64,000 nucleotides of DNA from Macrostomum lignano (taxonomy: Eukaryota): the NCBI GenBank assembly GCA_002269645.1, contig NIVC01001881.1:1-64000 (forward strand), given 5' to 3'. The translations under genes were made by a program, and so were the position numbers. The notes below the pieces were generated by a model. That model made no database searches, had not been told where the DNA came from, and saw nothing but the letters and a program-made list of their open reading frames with translations. Of this stretch, positions 1-12,060 are shown one piece after another. How positions within the stretch are numbered: position 1 is the stretch's first letter; each line of letters starts with the position of its first letter.

Positions 1-528
1 TTAACCCCAAAACTATAAACAGCTAGGCTAAATAGGCTAGATGTTAAATAGGTGTACGCATTTATAAAGCAAGCATTCTCCAGCTAATTAGATTGAATGC
101 ATCTTAATTTGGTCCGTTATGCCAGGTGACATTTTGACTCGACTCGCTGACTTCCTTGTCCTTTTGAGTCTGTTGTGCATTTGTGCGCTACTTCAGCTTC
201 TCTCTCGTGTTGACCATTATCTTCCTCACGCCTTTGCGAGAGTGCCTTACCTTCATAATGCGTCTTGCTTTCTGATGACCATAATTTGTTTCATAGTGAA
301 GCTGCAAAACCAATGCATATGCCTGACTATTCGAATCAATAGTTAGCCGCCACAGCGACCACTCCCTGGGCTTCGCAGCGACTAACACTACCTGATATGC
401 GGCCAAGTTGATCTGCTTGCAGATGTGTTGTGACTCGGTAGCCTTGGAAATTGTATTCATATGTATTTATAATGCACTGGCGTACATTTCCTACCAACAA
501 TAATTGAATTTTTACTAAAAAATTTCAG

Positions 529-1192
529 GAACATATTATAAGGGTTGTTTTTGCATTTTGAGCATGAAAGTGCTCTAATTAGATTCGCCAAAGAGGACTC
601 CAACATGTTTCTTCGTTCATGCATTTGGGCATGTCGAGACAGTAAAAAAATATATTTTGGAGTACAAGAAACAAACTGCTATTGCGGAGACCAGATCATA
701 TCAGAGCCGATTTTGCCATCACAGTGCGATCGCAGGTGTCCGGAAACAACCGGGAAACTTGTGGTGGCAATTTTGGTATGAGTATCTACGAAGTGCCACC
801 TACTACGGCTGTAATAGTGCCGGGTAAGTGGACAGCCGTAGCCGTATGATTTATTAGCTGTCAAAAATTTACAGAGTCACACTTTTGTCGTTTTTTCAGC
901 ACCGTCAAAGGGATGTTATTATTATAAAAAAGATTTAGTCTTGGACTTCAAGTTGAAAAAAAATTTTGCGGCTATGAACCAAAGAATGTGTGCTGAAGGC
1001 TGCTTGCAATGGTCATACAAATATTTTGGTCTAGCAAATGGCAACGAGTGCCACTGTGGCAATAGAATACTGCAAGGAAAAGCAGCGCCTAACAGGCTCT
1101 GTAACGCTCGATGCAAGAAAGGCATGGAAAATGAAACGTGTGGTGGCGCTAAGGCAATGGAAGTATTCAATTTGCTTACTACACATATCTGA
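529..1192 (+). CDS. 3' end of a WSC-domain protein gene (two WSC repeats), with two -1 frameshifts in the first exon seen (assembly error or pseudogene)
   Basis: Exon 529-823 follows an AG and reads YYKGCF..CIWAC..YFGVQETNCYCG..CDRRC..ETCGG once single-base deletions at ~548 (T run) and ~742 (G run) are corrected. A GT-AG phase-1 intron spans 824-899. Exon 900-1192 reads KGCY..CAEGC..YFGLANGNECHCG..CNARC..ETCGG to a TGA stop. AATAAA at 1274. Confidence 0.8.
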
Positions 1193-1397
1193 GCCGAACA
1201 GCTACTGACTAGCTGGAATTTGACCAAAACTTTAAACACACTATCTAACAGCAGAATGTAAAAGTTCAAGCTCAATAAACATTGTTTAGTGAAAAATCTA
1301 AGATCTGCATAAAAATTGATGCAATGAAATCTGACTCTGTCATTTCTTACATATTTTGCAACTTACATATCATTACGCCAGGGATAATATGAATTCA

Positions 1398-1838
1398 TTA
1401 ATGCACAAGAGTTAAAAACATCAAAATCATCAAACAATTTTCTCGTGCGAGGGAAAGATGAAATGTAAAAGTTTTATAGCAAATTCGGAAGTGGTTGCAA
1501 ACAAACCGAAGCACATTTCTTCTTTCTGAATAACTTAAATCTCGTATATTAACCATCGCCTCGCACTGATAGTCTTTAAGTGAAAGTGGCAGAATATTCA
1601 AAGAGGCGCTTTGTCCATATGGGAAGAAATTGATGTCATTATTATATTCAGAAGCCTTCGAAGCAGCCTTCTCATCACAGTCTTCACTCGCAGCAACACA
1701 CTTCTCCCATGGCTTAAGCATTCTTTCATCTTCCCCTGTTGCAACTAACTTGCGATCTTCTGATCTCCGTCGAGCTTTTTTTGATCTGCGAGCTCTGGCC
1801 GGTTCTTTGAGCTTAGAGCTCGCAAGGTTCTCTTTGAT
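1398..1838 (-). CDS. Possible terminal exon of an unknown gene
   Basis: Frame is open from a TAG acceptor at ~1839 to a stop at 1398 (~146 aa, K/R-rich start). No recognisable domain and no upstream exon identified. Confidence 0.2.
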   Translation of the reverse strand: MKENLASSKLKEPARARRSKKARRRSEDRKLVATGEDERMLKPWEKCVAASEDCDEKAASKASEYNNDINFFPYGQSASLNILPLSLKDYQCEAMVNIRDLSYSERRNVLRFVCNHFRICYKTFTFHLSLARENCLMILMFLTLVH

Positions 1839-2547
1839 CTACTGGCAAGGCCGGCATGTTTTCAGGTATCTTTAGTTTTATGGCTCCAGTTGGATCTGCA
1901 AGCAGACCCTGTCAGTTCTTGTTTTTTTCAGTTCTCCATGGTTGAGTCAGTCGGTTGGGATCTGCCCGTAGAGCCGGCCGGTCTTTCGGACCGAGGTTGG
2001 GTTTAGAAAGGTCCCCGTCCCTAGTTTGAGTGCATTATCCACAGTCGGCTCGAAGCCATGATACAAGTTGATGAGTTACCCACGAGGGCCACGATACCTA
2101 TCTGGCCGCTCCACCTGACCAGGCAGGATGCCAAAAAAAGATTCCTCAAGGCTGGCTTGACACCAGAAGGTGGACCACTAGCGACCGGACTACTCCCCGG
2201 CCTTCCAGCCTAGCAGCGCAGAGAACGCCTCAGGCGTTAGAGGGCCGCGTACGTTGGGCAGAACCAAGGCCTGCAAGCCACATACCCCAGTTCGGCCGGA
2301 GCTACTGGATGGGTCGCCAGCACCAGAGACCGAGGGTCTGCCTTGCACACCAGTGGGGAAGAGTTCTCTAAGTTGGCTAACGAAACAGCTTGGGGGAGTC
2401 TGCGGCTGCCAGAGACAAATAGATGGTGCAGATCTCTCACCAACCTTGACGTGCACAGTAGGGGGGGGGGGCGTGAAACATCGCAGACCATAGCCCATAG
2501 GCCTAGTGTCTCGTACTACAGGGACATTCTGAAACGCCATCAGGGGC

Positions 2548-2905
2548 CCTCTCACCGATCACCAACCATGAGTCACTTGTGCCCCTCACCGATCACCAAC
2601 CATGAGTCACATGTGCCTCTCATCGATCACCAACCATGAGTCACTTGTGCCCCTCACCGATCACCAACCATGAGCTACATGTGCCTCTCACCGATCACAA
2701 ACCATTAGTCACTTGTGCCTCTCACCGATCACAAATCATGAGCTACATGTGCCTCTCACCGATCACAAACCATGAGCTACATGTGCCTCTCACCGATCAC
2801 AAACCATTAGTCACTTGTGCCTCTAACCGATCACAAACCATAAGTCACTTGTGCCTCTCACCGATCACCAACCATGAGTCACTTTGTGCCTCTCACCGAT
2901 CACCT
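2548..2905. repeat. 34-bp minisatellite, ~10 copies
   Basis: Unit CTCACCGATCACCAACCATGAGTCACTTGTGCCC (starts at 2551, 2585, ...). Confidence 0.95.
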
Positions 2906-2946
2906 ACCAAGAGGCGCTTGTAATTTGGATGCAGAAGGTACCTTGC

Positions 2947-3502
2947 TATGTGTGCAGGTGTTTCAGTGGGTGTCTGCCATGTGTGCAGGTGTTTCAGCGG
3001 GTGTCTGCCATGTTTCCAGGTGTTTCAGCGGGTGTCTGCCATGTGTGCAGGTGTTTCAGTGGGTGTCTGCCATGTGTGCAGGTGTTTCAGCGGGTGTCTG
3101 CCATGTTTCCAGGTGTTTCAGCGGGTGTCTGCCATGTGTGCAGGTGTTTCAGCGGGTGTCTGCCATGTTTCCAGGTGTTTCAGCGGGTGTATGCCATGTG
3201 TGCAGGTGTTTCAGCGGGTGTCTGCCATGTGTGCAGGTGTTTCAGCGGGTGTCTGCCATGTGTACAGGTGTTTCAGCGGGTGTCTGCCATGTGTGCAGGT
3301 GTTTCAGCGAGTGTCTACACCATGTGTGCAGGTGTTTCAGCGGGTGTCTGCCATGTGTGCAGGTGTTTCAGCGGGTGTCTGCCATGTGTGCAGGTGTTTC
3401 AGCGGGTGTATGCCATGTGTGCAAGTGTTTCAGCGGGTGTATGCCATGTGTGCAGGTGTTTTAGCGGGTGTATGCCATGTATGCAGGTGTTTCAGCGGGT
3501 GT
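2947..3502. repeat. 31-bp minisatellite, ~18 copies
   Basis: Unit ATGTGTGCAGGTGTTTCAGCGGGTGTCTGCC. It accounts for the three overlapping Cys/Val-rich ORFs at 2874-3543. Confidence 0.95.
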
Positions 3503-4577
3503 CAATCCGGTGTGCAGTTTACTTTATTTTAAAATGTATCTAGCTATTAGCTCGTAATGAGCACAATAGACCGTTAAACAATAATTAAATTTTGAATTGG
3601 ATCCATTGCAATTTTTTTATTTTTGGAATTTGTTTTACGTAAAAGACTTTGGATTCGAAAGTTTTCAAATGATTTGAATGTTTCAACCAAGAGAATGAGA
3701 GGTCGGATTACATTTTTTTCTGAGCGATTTCTTGGAGGTTTTGTCAATGCCCTGAGTGCTTTGAAAATTCAAAAAAGTGAAATGGTAAATACTACCTTTA
3801 TGGAATTAAAAAAATTAAAATAAAAACTTTTCAATTTGTAAAGACATTCCTGCGATTCCTGTGATTCCTGCCGTCAATGTGGTCCGCCGACTGCTTGCTT
3901 TACTTTTTCATCATTCCAATATTCACTACCCCTTGAGGACCCCTCTTTATTCTGGTTTCCCCTCTATGAACCAGTGCGAGTATTTTATCACCCAAATGCA
4001 CACACCAAAACCTCATTTCGAATTCACAATCTTTTTATTCTTCGCTAATCCAATATTTTCGCTGATACGAGTATATTATAAGCCCGGGCTGACCCGAGGG
4101 TCCCTTCCAGACCTAATCGTTTAAAAAACAGAAAAGACATTCCTAACTGAGTGCAAAAATAGTAAGTTTTTGTCTCTTGATAGTGAAAACAAAACTCAAA
4201 TAGCTCGTATTATTCTCACAACTTTCATATGAAGAGATTGGATATGTGAGGGCTCTGCCCCTGCAAAAAAGGGCTAACCCATAGATCTTATATTCCCTAG
4301 ATAGGCCACTTGTATGGCGGCAATAGGGAAAGTGCGACCGCTGTTTTTCGTCCCTTGTGCGAAAAAAGCCGACATGGGTTGCTTCAATTTTGAGTTCAGT
4401 AGCTTAGGGACAGGGACGCTATTTTGAGAATTGAATAAAACTTCTCATGAATTTATTAAACAGCTACTCAATTAAACTAAGAATGATGCAATTCACATGA
4501 ATTCACTGCAGAGACTACTGACTAAATTGAGTTCAGTAGTTGATTTTCGCGCTGTTGCGAGATGAAAAAATTTTCAT

Positions 4578-4860
4578 CTCGCCGATTCCTGGTTCGCCGG
4601 AATTCCTGATTTGCCGAAGTTCCTGATTTGCCGAAGTTCCTGATTTGCCGAATTCACTATTCGGCCAATTCGTACTACGTCGAATATCTGGTAATGCCTG
4701 TAGCCTGTACTAGCTAAAACAATAGATAGGCCATTCTTTGTTTGAACTTTTTGTACATTTTTGCTTGTTATTTGACTCGGGAATTCCGGCGAACTAGGAA
4801 TCGGCGAATCGGGATTCGGCGAGCTGGGAATCGGCAAATCGGGATTCGGCGAATCGGGGG
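4578..4860. mobile_element. Foldback/MITE-like fragment with arrays of 15-17-bp repeats in inverted orientation
   Basis: Left array GCCGATTCCTGGTTCGCCGGAATTCC.../GCCGAAGTTCCTGATTT (4580-4660) is the reverse complement of right array GGAATTCCGGCGAACTAGGAATCGGC... (4781-4858). No TSD found. Confidence 0.55.
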
Positions 4861-4866
4861 TAGACC

Positions 4867-5175
4867 CTTGCTAATTGGTTCGGCAATAATGTACATTGGC
4901 CAGTCCACTGAAATGTACATGGCCGCTTTAGGCTGGAATTTCCGATAAAGGCAATTAAAATTGGGGTGGGGCGGGGCTGGGCGGGGTGGGGTGGGGATGG
5001 AGTGGAAAGAAAGGCGCGGTTGGTTTTATTGGGGTCGGGGGGTAAGAGCCAATAAATGAACCTTGACTTTAAAATTAAAAATACATTAAAATGCTTCTGT
5101 TTAACTTGCTACTGAACTGAAAGTAGCTTACACGCAAATGTGCTGAGTGGCCCATCTAGTCTAGTTATTCTAGAA
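4867..5175 (+). repeat. Dispersed ~300-bp repeat, copy 1 (matches 11256-11536)
   Basis: CTTGCTAATTGGTTCGGCAATAATGTACATTGGCCAGTCCACTGAAATGTACATGG ... GAGTGGCCCATCTAGT..TATTCTAG is shared with the copy in SIN1 intron 1. Confidence 0.85.
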
Positions 5176-6212
5176 TCTATCTATGATACAGATCAAATGC
5201 TATCAACCTAAAAGTGCCTCTCAACTTAAGCTCAAAAAGTGGAGCCCGAATAACCAATGTACACAAATGATACGTCATTCTGCTCACAGTGACACTGGGA
5301 AGCTGGGTTGGGCAAAAATATTACAAAAAGTTGGACCTGGGATAGTTAGGGACAATTAGGGACTGCTCGAAAAAAAAAAAAAAAAGATAGTAATAACTAC
5401 TTTTCCCTTTGAAAAATATTAGCTAATTATTTTGGGAGATAGTCGATTGCAAGTCAACAGCACAAGATTTTAATTTTTATAGGCATAGATATAAGCTAAC
5501 AACAGGATAATTCAGTTTATTTGTTGGCCAGGTGAGTTAAATTAATAGCGTCAAAAGTAACCTTATGTGCGCACTTTAATGTTCGTAAATGGACCTAATG
5601 CAAAATGTTTTTACAATTGTTGATACAAACCAGCTATAGACAATTAATAGATATAGATAGTTAATCTATGAAGTTCGCGTGGAAATGATTGAAAGCGTTT
5701 AAATATTAACTGACGCAATATGAAGCTTTTCTGCAATTTAATATTTGAAAAGGACTTAACAAAATTGAAATAGTCGAAGGGACAAGACTAATAATATTAA
5801 CATGTACAAATCTGAAGATAAGCGCTTAATTCATTATCTAAGCTAACACATGATATGATAATGACAATACGTGCTAATGTTTATACAATAATACTCAATA
5901 CTAATGAACAACTCAAAATTTTTTTTATAAAGTTCTTCACTACTGAAAAATAGCAAAACAATTTAATAACAGGAAAGACAAACAAAATGTTCAACGTGCA
6001 GACAGAGAAGTCAATCAACACCTCCATTAAAATCTGCAATTAAGTCGACCAACAACAATGAATCTTATTTTAGCAGTGATTTATCCTACGGAGATAGCAA
6101 TTTCTTTTTTAACGTTAACGAAACAAAGCTAACAGACCTAAAGACTAGTTCATATTTGTTAGTTGCGACCAAGTTATTAGATAGTCAATAGACAGAACTA
6201 GTTATATATTGA

Positions 6213-7465
6213 CTATCTATTAGGACTGCTTGTTAGACAGAGGACCCACTTTCTAGACACAGGGGCCACTGTTAGACACAGAGGACCACTTTCTAGACAC
6301 AGAGGACCACTGTTAGACACAGATGACCCGATTGTTAGACACAGATGATCCACTTGTTGGACACAGATGACCCGATTGTTAGACACAGATGACCCACTTG
6401 TTGGACACAGAGGACCCACTTGTTAGACACAGATGACCCGATTGTTAGACACAGATGACCCGATTGTTAGACACAGATGACCCGATTGTTAGACACAGAT
6501 GACCTGATTGTTAGACACAAAGGACCCCCTTGTTGGACACAGAGGACCACTTTCTAGACACAGAGGACCCGATTGTTAGACACAGATGACCCACTTGTTG
6601 GACACAGATGACCCGATTGTTAGACACAGATGATCCACTTGTTGGACACAGATGACCCGATTGTTAGACACAGATGACCCACTTGTTGGACACAGAGGAC
6701 CCGATTGTTAGACACAGATGACCCACTTGTTGGACACAGAGGACCCACTTGTTGGACACAGAGGACCCACTTGTTGGACACAGATGACCCGATTGTTAGA
6801 CACAGATGACCCACTTGTTGGACACAGAGGACCCGATTGTTAGACACAGATGACCCACTTGTTGGACACAGAGGACCCGATTGTTAGACACAGATGACCC
6901 GATTGTTAGACACAGATGACCCACTTGTTGGACACAGAGGACCCACTTGTTAGACACAGATGACCCGATTGTTAGACACAGATGACCCGATTGTTAGACA
7001 CAGATGACCCGATTGTTAGACACAGATGACCTGATTGTTAGACACAAAGGACCCCCTTGTTGGACACAGAGGACCACTTTCTAGACACAGAGGACCCGAT
7101 TGTTAGACACAGAGGACCCACTTGTTGGACACAGAGGACCCACTTGTTGGACACAGATGACCCGATTGTTAGACACAGATGACCCACTTGTTGGACACAG
7201 AGGACCCGATTGTTAGACACAGATGACCCACTTGTTGGACACAGAGGACCCGATTGTTAGACACAGATGACCCACTTGTTGGACACAGAGGACCCGATTG
7301 TTAGACACAGATGACCCACTTGTTGGACACAGAGGACCCGATTGTTAGACACAGATGACCCACTTGTTGGACACAGAGGACCCGATTGTTAGACACAGAT
7401 GACCCACTTGTTGGACACAGAGGACCACTTTCTAGACACAGAGGCCCAAGTGTCAGACAAAAAAG
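6213..7465. repeat. 22-bp minisatellite with variant units and higher-order block duplication
   Basis: Alternating units TTAGACACAGATGACCCGATTG and TTGGACACAGAGGACCCACTTG, ~55 copies. A distinctive block (GACCTGATTG..CAAAGGACCCCC..CCACTTTCTAG) occurs at ~6500 and again at ~7030. Confidence 0.95.
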
Positions 7466-7550
7466 GACCACTCGCAAGACAACACCCAATTTGAAGATAA
7501 GACAAGCGTCTTAGATAAACCACAAGTGTTAGACCAGATAATCCCAGTTG

Positions 7551-10500
7551 TCACTTCACAGTCAGCTCCAGAAACAACTTTCTAGCCGAGCCGCCGCGCA
7601 ACAAAAGTACATTATTAACCTGAGCGTGCAGCTCTTTAACCAGCCTAGCATCAGAGCTCTCCAGCGATAGGCAGTGAAAATTTGTACTCAAACTGCCACC
7701 GAAAGCGACTCCAGGCGAGGTGGCATTTCGATAGAACAATTGAACCGTAGCTTTAGAACTGCCAGATCGTTCTTCTAATTGGCATCCGCCGATGGCTTCC
7801 CAGCTGTAGGTGCTGGGACTTCGCTTAGAGAACAGCTTAGCCTTGCCACCCAGATGGTCCAATACAACGCAGTCGCCGCTAACGCTGAGCATCACGTCGC
7901 GATTAATAACGCTGCGCAGTTGCAATCGGTACTGTCTGAGAGCCAGGCTGTCTAATAGGTCCGGTTGGTGACTGTGCGGAGGCGATAGAAGCATCAGCTG
8001 GTGCTGTTGCTGCTGATAATGACTGGCCTGCTGACTAGCTAGATGGCCAGTTGAAGAGGCCGCTGGGTCCACCACTTGACCGGATTTCAATGCAACAGCC
8101 GCGGCATCGGCGCCAGCTTCGGCGGCCGACTGGGCGGTGCCCTGAGCCGGCGTGCTGTTGTCGCGAACCTGCAAGAATATTGAAGCGATTAGCGATTTCT
8201 AATAGCTTTGACCTTAATTGACACTGTGCTCAAATTAGTCCAAAAATGAGGTTCCGTAAAAACTCTATTTAGCTTTCAAATTACACTGTTCAAATTGATT
8301 TGACCTTCATTACACCTTTTTGTTTTCATTTGACCTTAAACTTGGATGTTCTCATTTGACCTTAATCAAACCTGACTTGTCCTCATTTGACCTTAATCAA
8401 GCCTGACTTGTCCTCATTTGACCTTAATCAAGCCTGACTGTCCTCATTTGACCTTAATCAAGCCTGACTTGTCCTCATTTGACCTTAATCACACCTGACT
8501 GTCCTCATTTGACCTTAATCAAGCCTGACTGTCCTCATTTGACCTTAAATCAAGCCTGACTATCCTTATTTGACCTTAATCACACCTGACTGTCCTCGTT
8601 TGACCTTAATCAAGCCTGACTTGTCCTTATTAGACCTTTACAGCTACAATTTCTACATCGTATCGAGGCGCTCACCAGAATGAACTCCGTAGTCCCGGCA
8701 TCGCCTAGTGGCGTGTCCAACGGAACCTGCACACTAACATCGTCAGCCCGACGCAAGGCGTACTTATGCCCTCGATGCTCTTTCAACTTACGCCGGCGGA
8801 CAATTTTTTCTAACAGACTGGACACGGGCAGAGACCGATCCAGTTGCATAGTGGTGAAGCCCTGAGGCAGGCTGACATGTACAATTAGCTGATTAGACTG
8901 GCGCCTCTGCTGCTGAGTCAGCTGTTGCTGCTGAGACTGCTGCTGAACCGGGTGCCTCTGTACAACAGCCAGAGTGCTAAAATCGTATTTATAGATCCGA
9001 TCTCGCTTCTCTAACGGTGGAAAATCCGAATCCAGATCGTCGGCCTCTTCGTACATGAACAAGTCCAACTCGTCGATGCCAACATGCGGCGGCAGAGGCG
9101 GCTGCCTGCCCTCGAGGGTGTACTTGTAACAGGCCAGCCCGGTGAACTGTTCCACAGTAGTGTCGCGAATTGGCACCACTTCAACTGGGCGGGACCGGTC
9201 AAAGTCGTAAAAAAACACTCGTATCCGGCGAAGCCCCTGGCGACTGACGCTCACCTCGAACTGGGAGAACTCGGTAAACGGATTCTGAACCGCCGATTCT
9301 GAGTTCTCGGCCAGGCGCCTAGGGGATGTTGAATTTATATTTGATATTATAATAATCTGTCCTCATTTTACCCTATAAGCCAATCTGTCCTCATTTGACC
9401 CTATAAACCAATCTGTACTCATTTGACCCTACAAACCAATCTGTACTCATTTGACCCTACAAACTAATCTGTCCTGCTTTGACCCTATAAACCAATCTGT
9501 CCTCATTTGACCCTACAAACCAATCTGTACTCATTTGACCCTACAAACCAATCTGTACTCATTTGACCCTACAAACCAATCTGTACTCATTTGACCCTAC
9601 AAACCAATTTGTCCTCATTTGACCCTACAAACCAATCTGTACTCATTTGACCCTACAAACCAATCTGTCCTCATTTGACCCTACAAACCAATCTGTACTC
9701 ATTTGACCCTATAAACCAATCTGTACTCATTTGACCCTACAAACCAATCTGTCCTCATTTGACCCTACAAACCAATCTGTACTCATTTGACCCTATAAAC
9801 CAATCTGTACTCATTTGACCCGAAAAACCAATCTGTCCTCATTTGACCCTATAAACCACTCTGTACTCATTTGACCCTACAAACCAATCTGTACTCATTT
9901 GACCCTACAAACCAATCTGTCCTCACTTGACCCTATAAACCACTCTGTACTCATTTGACCCGAAAAACCAATCTGTACTCATTTGACCCTACAAACCAAT
10001 CTGTCCTCATTTGACCCTACAAACCAATCTGTACTCATTTGACCCTATAAACCAATCTGTACTCATTTGACCCTACAAACCAATCTGTCCTCATTTGACC
10101 CTACAAACCAATCTGTACTCATTTGACCCTATAAACCAATCTGTACTCATTTGACCCTACAAACCAATCTGTCCTCATTTGACCCTACAAACCAATCTGT
10201 ACTCATTTGACCCTACAAACCAATCTGTCCTCATTTGACCCTACAAACCAATCTGTACTCATTTGACCCTATAAACCAATCTGTACTCATTTGACCCTAC
10301 AAACCAATCTGTCCTCATTTGACCCTAAACAAAACTGTCCTTATTTGACCTTGAACCTGGTTGACAGTGGTTGTTCCAATTTAATCAGGGATTGGTTAAC
10401 CTTATTTGACCTTTCAATTCAAAATGCATTCAGAATGCAAAGAATAAAGCCACAACTTTAATCAAAATATATTTCGCCGAAACAAACTAACTTAGCCAAT

Positions 10501-11898
10501 AGAGACTGCCGTTTCGCGGGCACTCGGCTGGAGCCGCCATTCTGACGCGGCGTTTTGTTCAATCGAATCTCCACCGATTCAGCCGGAGAAGAATTCGAAT
10601 CGTCAGTTTTCGTTGGCGCCGACGGTGCAACGGCAGCGTCAGGGGCGGGAAACAGATAGTCGAGATCGCTGTCAGTAACGCCAGAAACGTCGTCGCTCCA
10701 TTCGACAGCTACGGCAGTTTTTTTCTCTCTCTGACGCTCCTCACGGGCAGCGGAGACGCGCATTTGAGTGGCAGATTTTTTTCGAGACGGCGCCTGCCCA
10801 GACTCCAGCTTGGGCGGTATGATGTCCGGCGAATGCGCCTCGCCTGCTAGGGAGGCCTAAGACCGGTAAGGTAGATGTTTTTGTTAAGGATGCAACAATA
10901 AAATCTGCTAAATCGTCTACTTTAATAATAAAAAATAAATAAAAATAGCAGCATTTTTAAAGAACTAAACAGGCTACTGAATTCTTTAAAAGTAGTAATG
11001 AAAGCATTATGGTGCAATTCTAGCATTTTCTCTTCTAAATGTATTTGACGATTGCAGGCATGTCAAAATAATGTACACTATTCTTGACGCTACTCAAAAA
11101 TGGAGATATAACTCATTGATTACAACTACAGATTCTAGAATAACTTTTACTTTCAGTTCAGTAGCAAAGAAGAATACATATGCTATTTTATAAGAATAAA
11201 GGCAGCTGAGATGACTCTGATAAGGTTAGAAGCCAAGCTTGCAGGCGTAAACAGCTTGCTAATTGGTTCGGCAATAATGTACATTGGCCAGTCCACTGAA
11301 ATGTACATGGCAGCTTTAGGCTGGACTGAGAAAGGCAATTAAAATTGGGGCGGGGCGGGGCGGGGCGGGGTAGAGTGGAAAGAAAGGCGCTGTCGGAGGT
11401 TTTATTGGGGGCGGGGGGTAAGAGCCAATAAATGAACCTTGCCTTGAAAATACAAAAATATTTCAGTTTAACTTACTACTGAACTGAAAGTAGCTTGCAT
11501 GAAAATTTGCCGAGTGGCCCATCTAGTTATTCTAGTGTCTGTCTGTACTTTAAATCACAAATAGCTGACGAGGCCTTCAACACACATGCTACAGTCATAG
11601 CTACTCGTACTTTTTACCCAGTAATGACCAAAAAATTAAAAGTACAAACCTGCGAATCTGTCGCCGATTGCTGTCCCGCAGCTCCAGCCGGCGGACCAAA
11701 CGGGTCCGGCTGTTCAGTAAGCGAAGTCTGCGACTCTCCTCTGCCAGCGCCGCATGGAGGACTCAGCAGGGCCAGGACCTCTTCGTCGCAGACTCGAATT
11801 CGATCGATGAGCAGTTCGCAGACGCCAGTGTCGTCGCCACCGACAAACGCAGCTCGAAGTTGGGTCAATAGGAATGCGGTATTATCGCAGGATACCAT
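7551..11898 (-). CDS. MAPKAP1: SIN1 / MAPKAP1, mTORC2 subunit (4 exons, 624 aa)
   Basis: Exons (minus strand) 11898-11650, 10856-10492, 9318-8676 and 8168-7551; all GT-AG, phases 0/2/0, 1875 nt total. Motifs: N-terminal DNTAFLLTQLR..DDTGVCE; KRQSLLAKRL..NPFTEFSQF; CRIM VEQFTGLACYKYTLEGRQP..DSDFPPLE..YKYDFSTLAVV; RBD ..EFILVRDNS; C-terminal PH LSVSGDCVVLD..ESSDARLVKELHAQVNNVL. All are collinear with vertebrate SIN1. Confidence 0.93.
8320..8635. repeat. 30-31-bp minisatellite filling SIN1 intron 3, ~10 copies
   Basis: Unit CCTCATTTGACCTTAATCAAGCCTGACT(T)GT. Confidence 0.95.
9355..10350. repeat. 28-bp minisatellite filling SIN1 intron 2, ~35 copies
   Basis: Unit CTCATTTGACCCTACAAACCAATCTGT(A/C). 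Confidence 0.95.
11130..11536. mobile_element. MITE-like element with imperfect terminal inverted repeats in SIN1 intron 1 (copy 2 of the 4867 repeat)
   Basis: Left CTAGAATAAC..TACTTTCAGTTCAGTAG (11130-11165) is inverted relative to right CTACTGAACTGAAAGTA..GTTATTCTAG (11475-11536). The internal 280 bp matches 4867-5175. Confidence 0.5.
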
Positions 11899-12060
11899 GA
11901 TGCTTTAGCTAAGCATTTAACTAACCTGCGCAATTAGTATCCAGGAAGTTACAAAGGTCCACTAGATATTGTGCTTGTCATTAAGCATCAAATTTAAATT
12001 AGATAATCATCAAATTACCGATTTAATGTTTAGTATATGGAAGTTACATAATAAGTAGTT

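Noticed and set aside
188-460. Minus-strand ORF with LHYETNYGHQK resembling an integrase zinc-binding HHCC start
   Set aside because: The second His and the Cys pair are absent, and no rve core is nearby.
2005-2030. HDV-like ribozyme P3/L3 pattern AGG-TCCCCGTC-CCT
   Set aside because: I could not find matching P1, P1.1 or P2 strands. The nearby TTGATGA lacks the downstream GAAA of a hammerhead core.
2874-3543. Three long Cys-rich ORFs
   Set aside because: They are translations of the 31-bp minisatellite in all three frames, with no splice context.
6213-7465. CRISPR-like look (constant GACACAG core with variable parts)
   Set aside because: The variable parts are a few recurring unit variants, not unique spacers. 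The context is eukaryotic and there are no cas genes.
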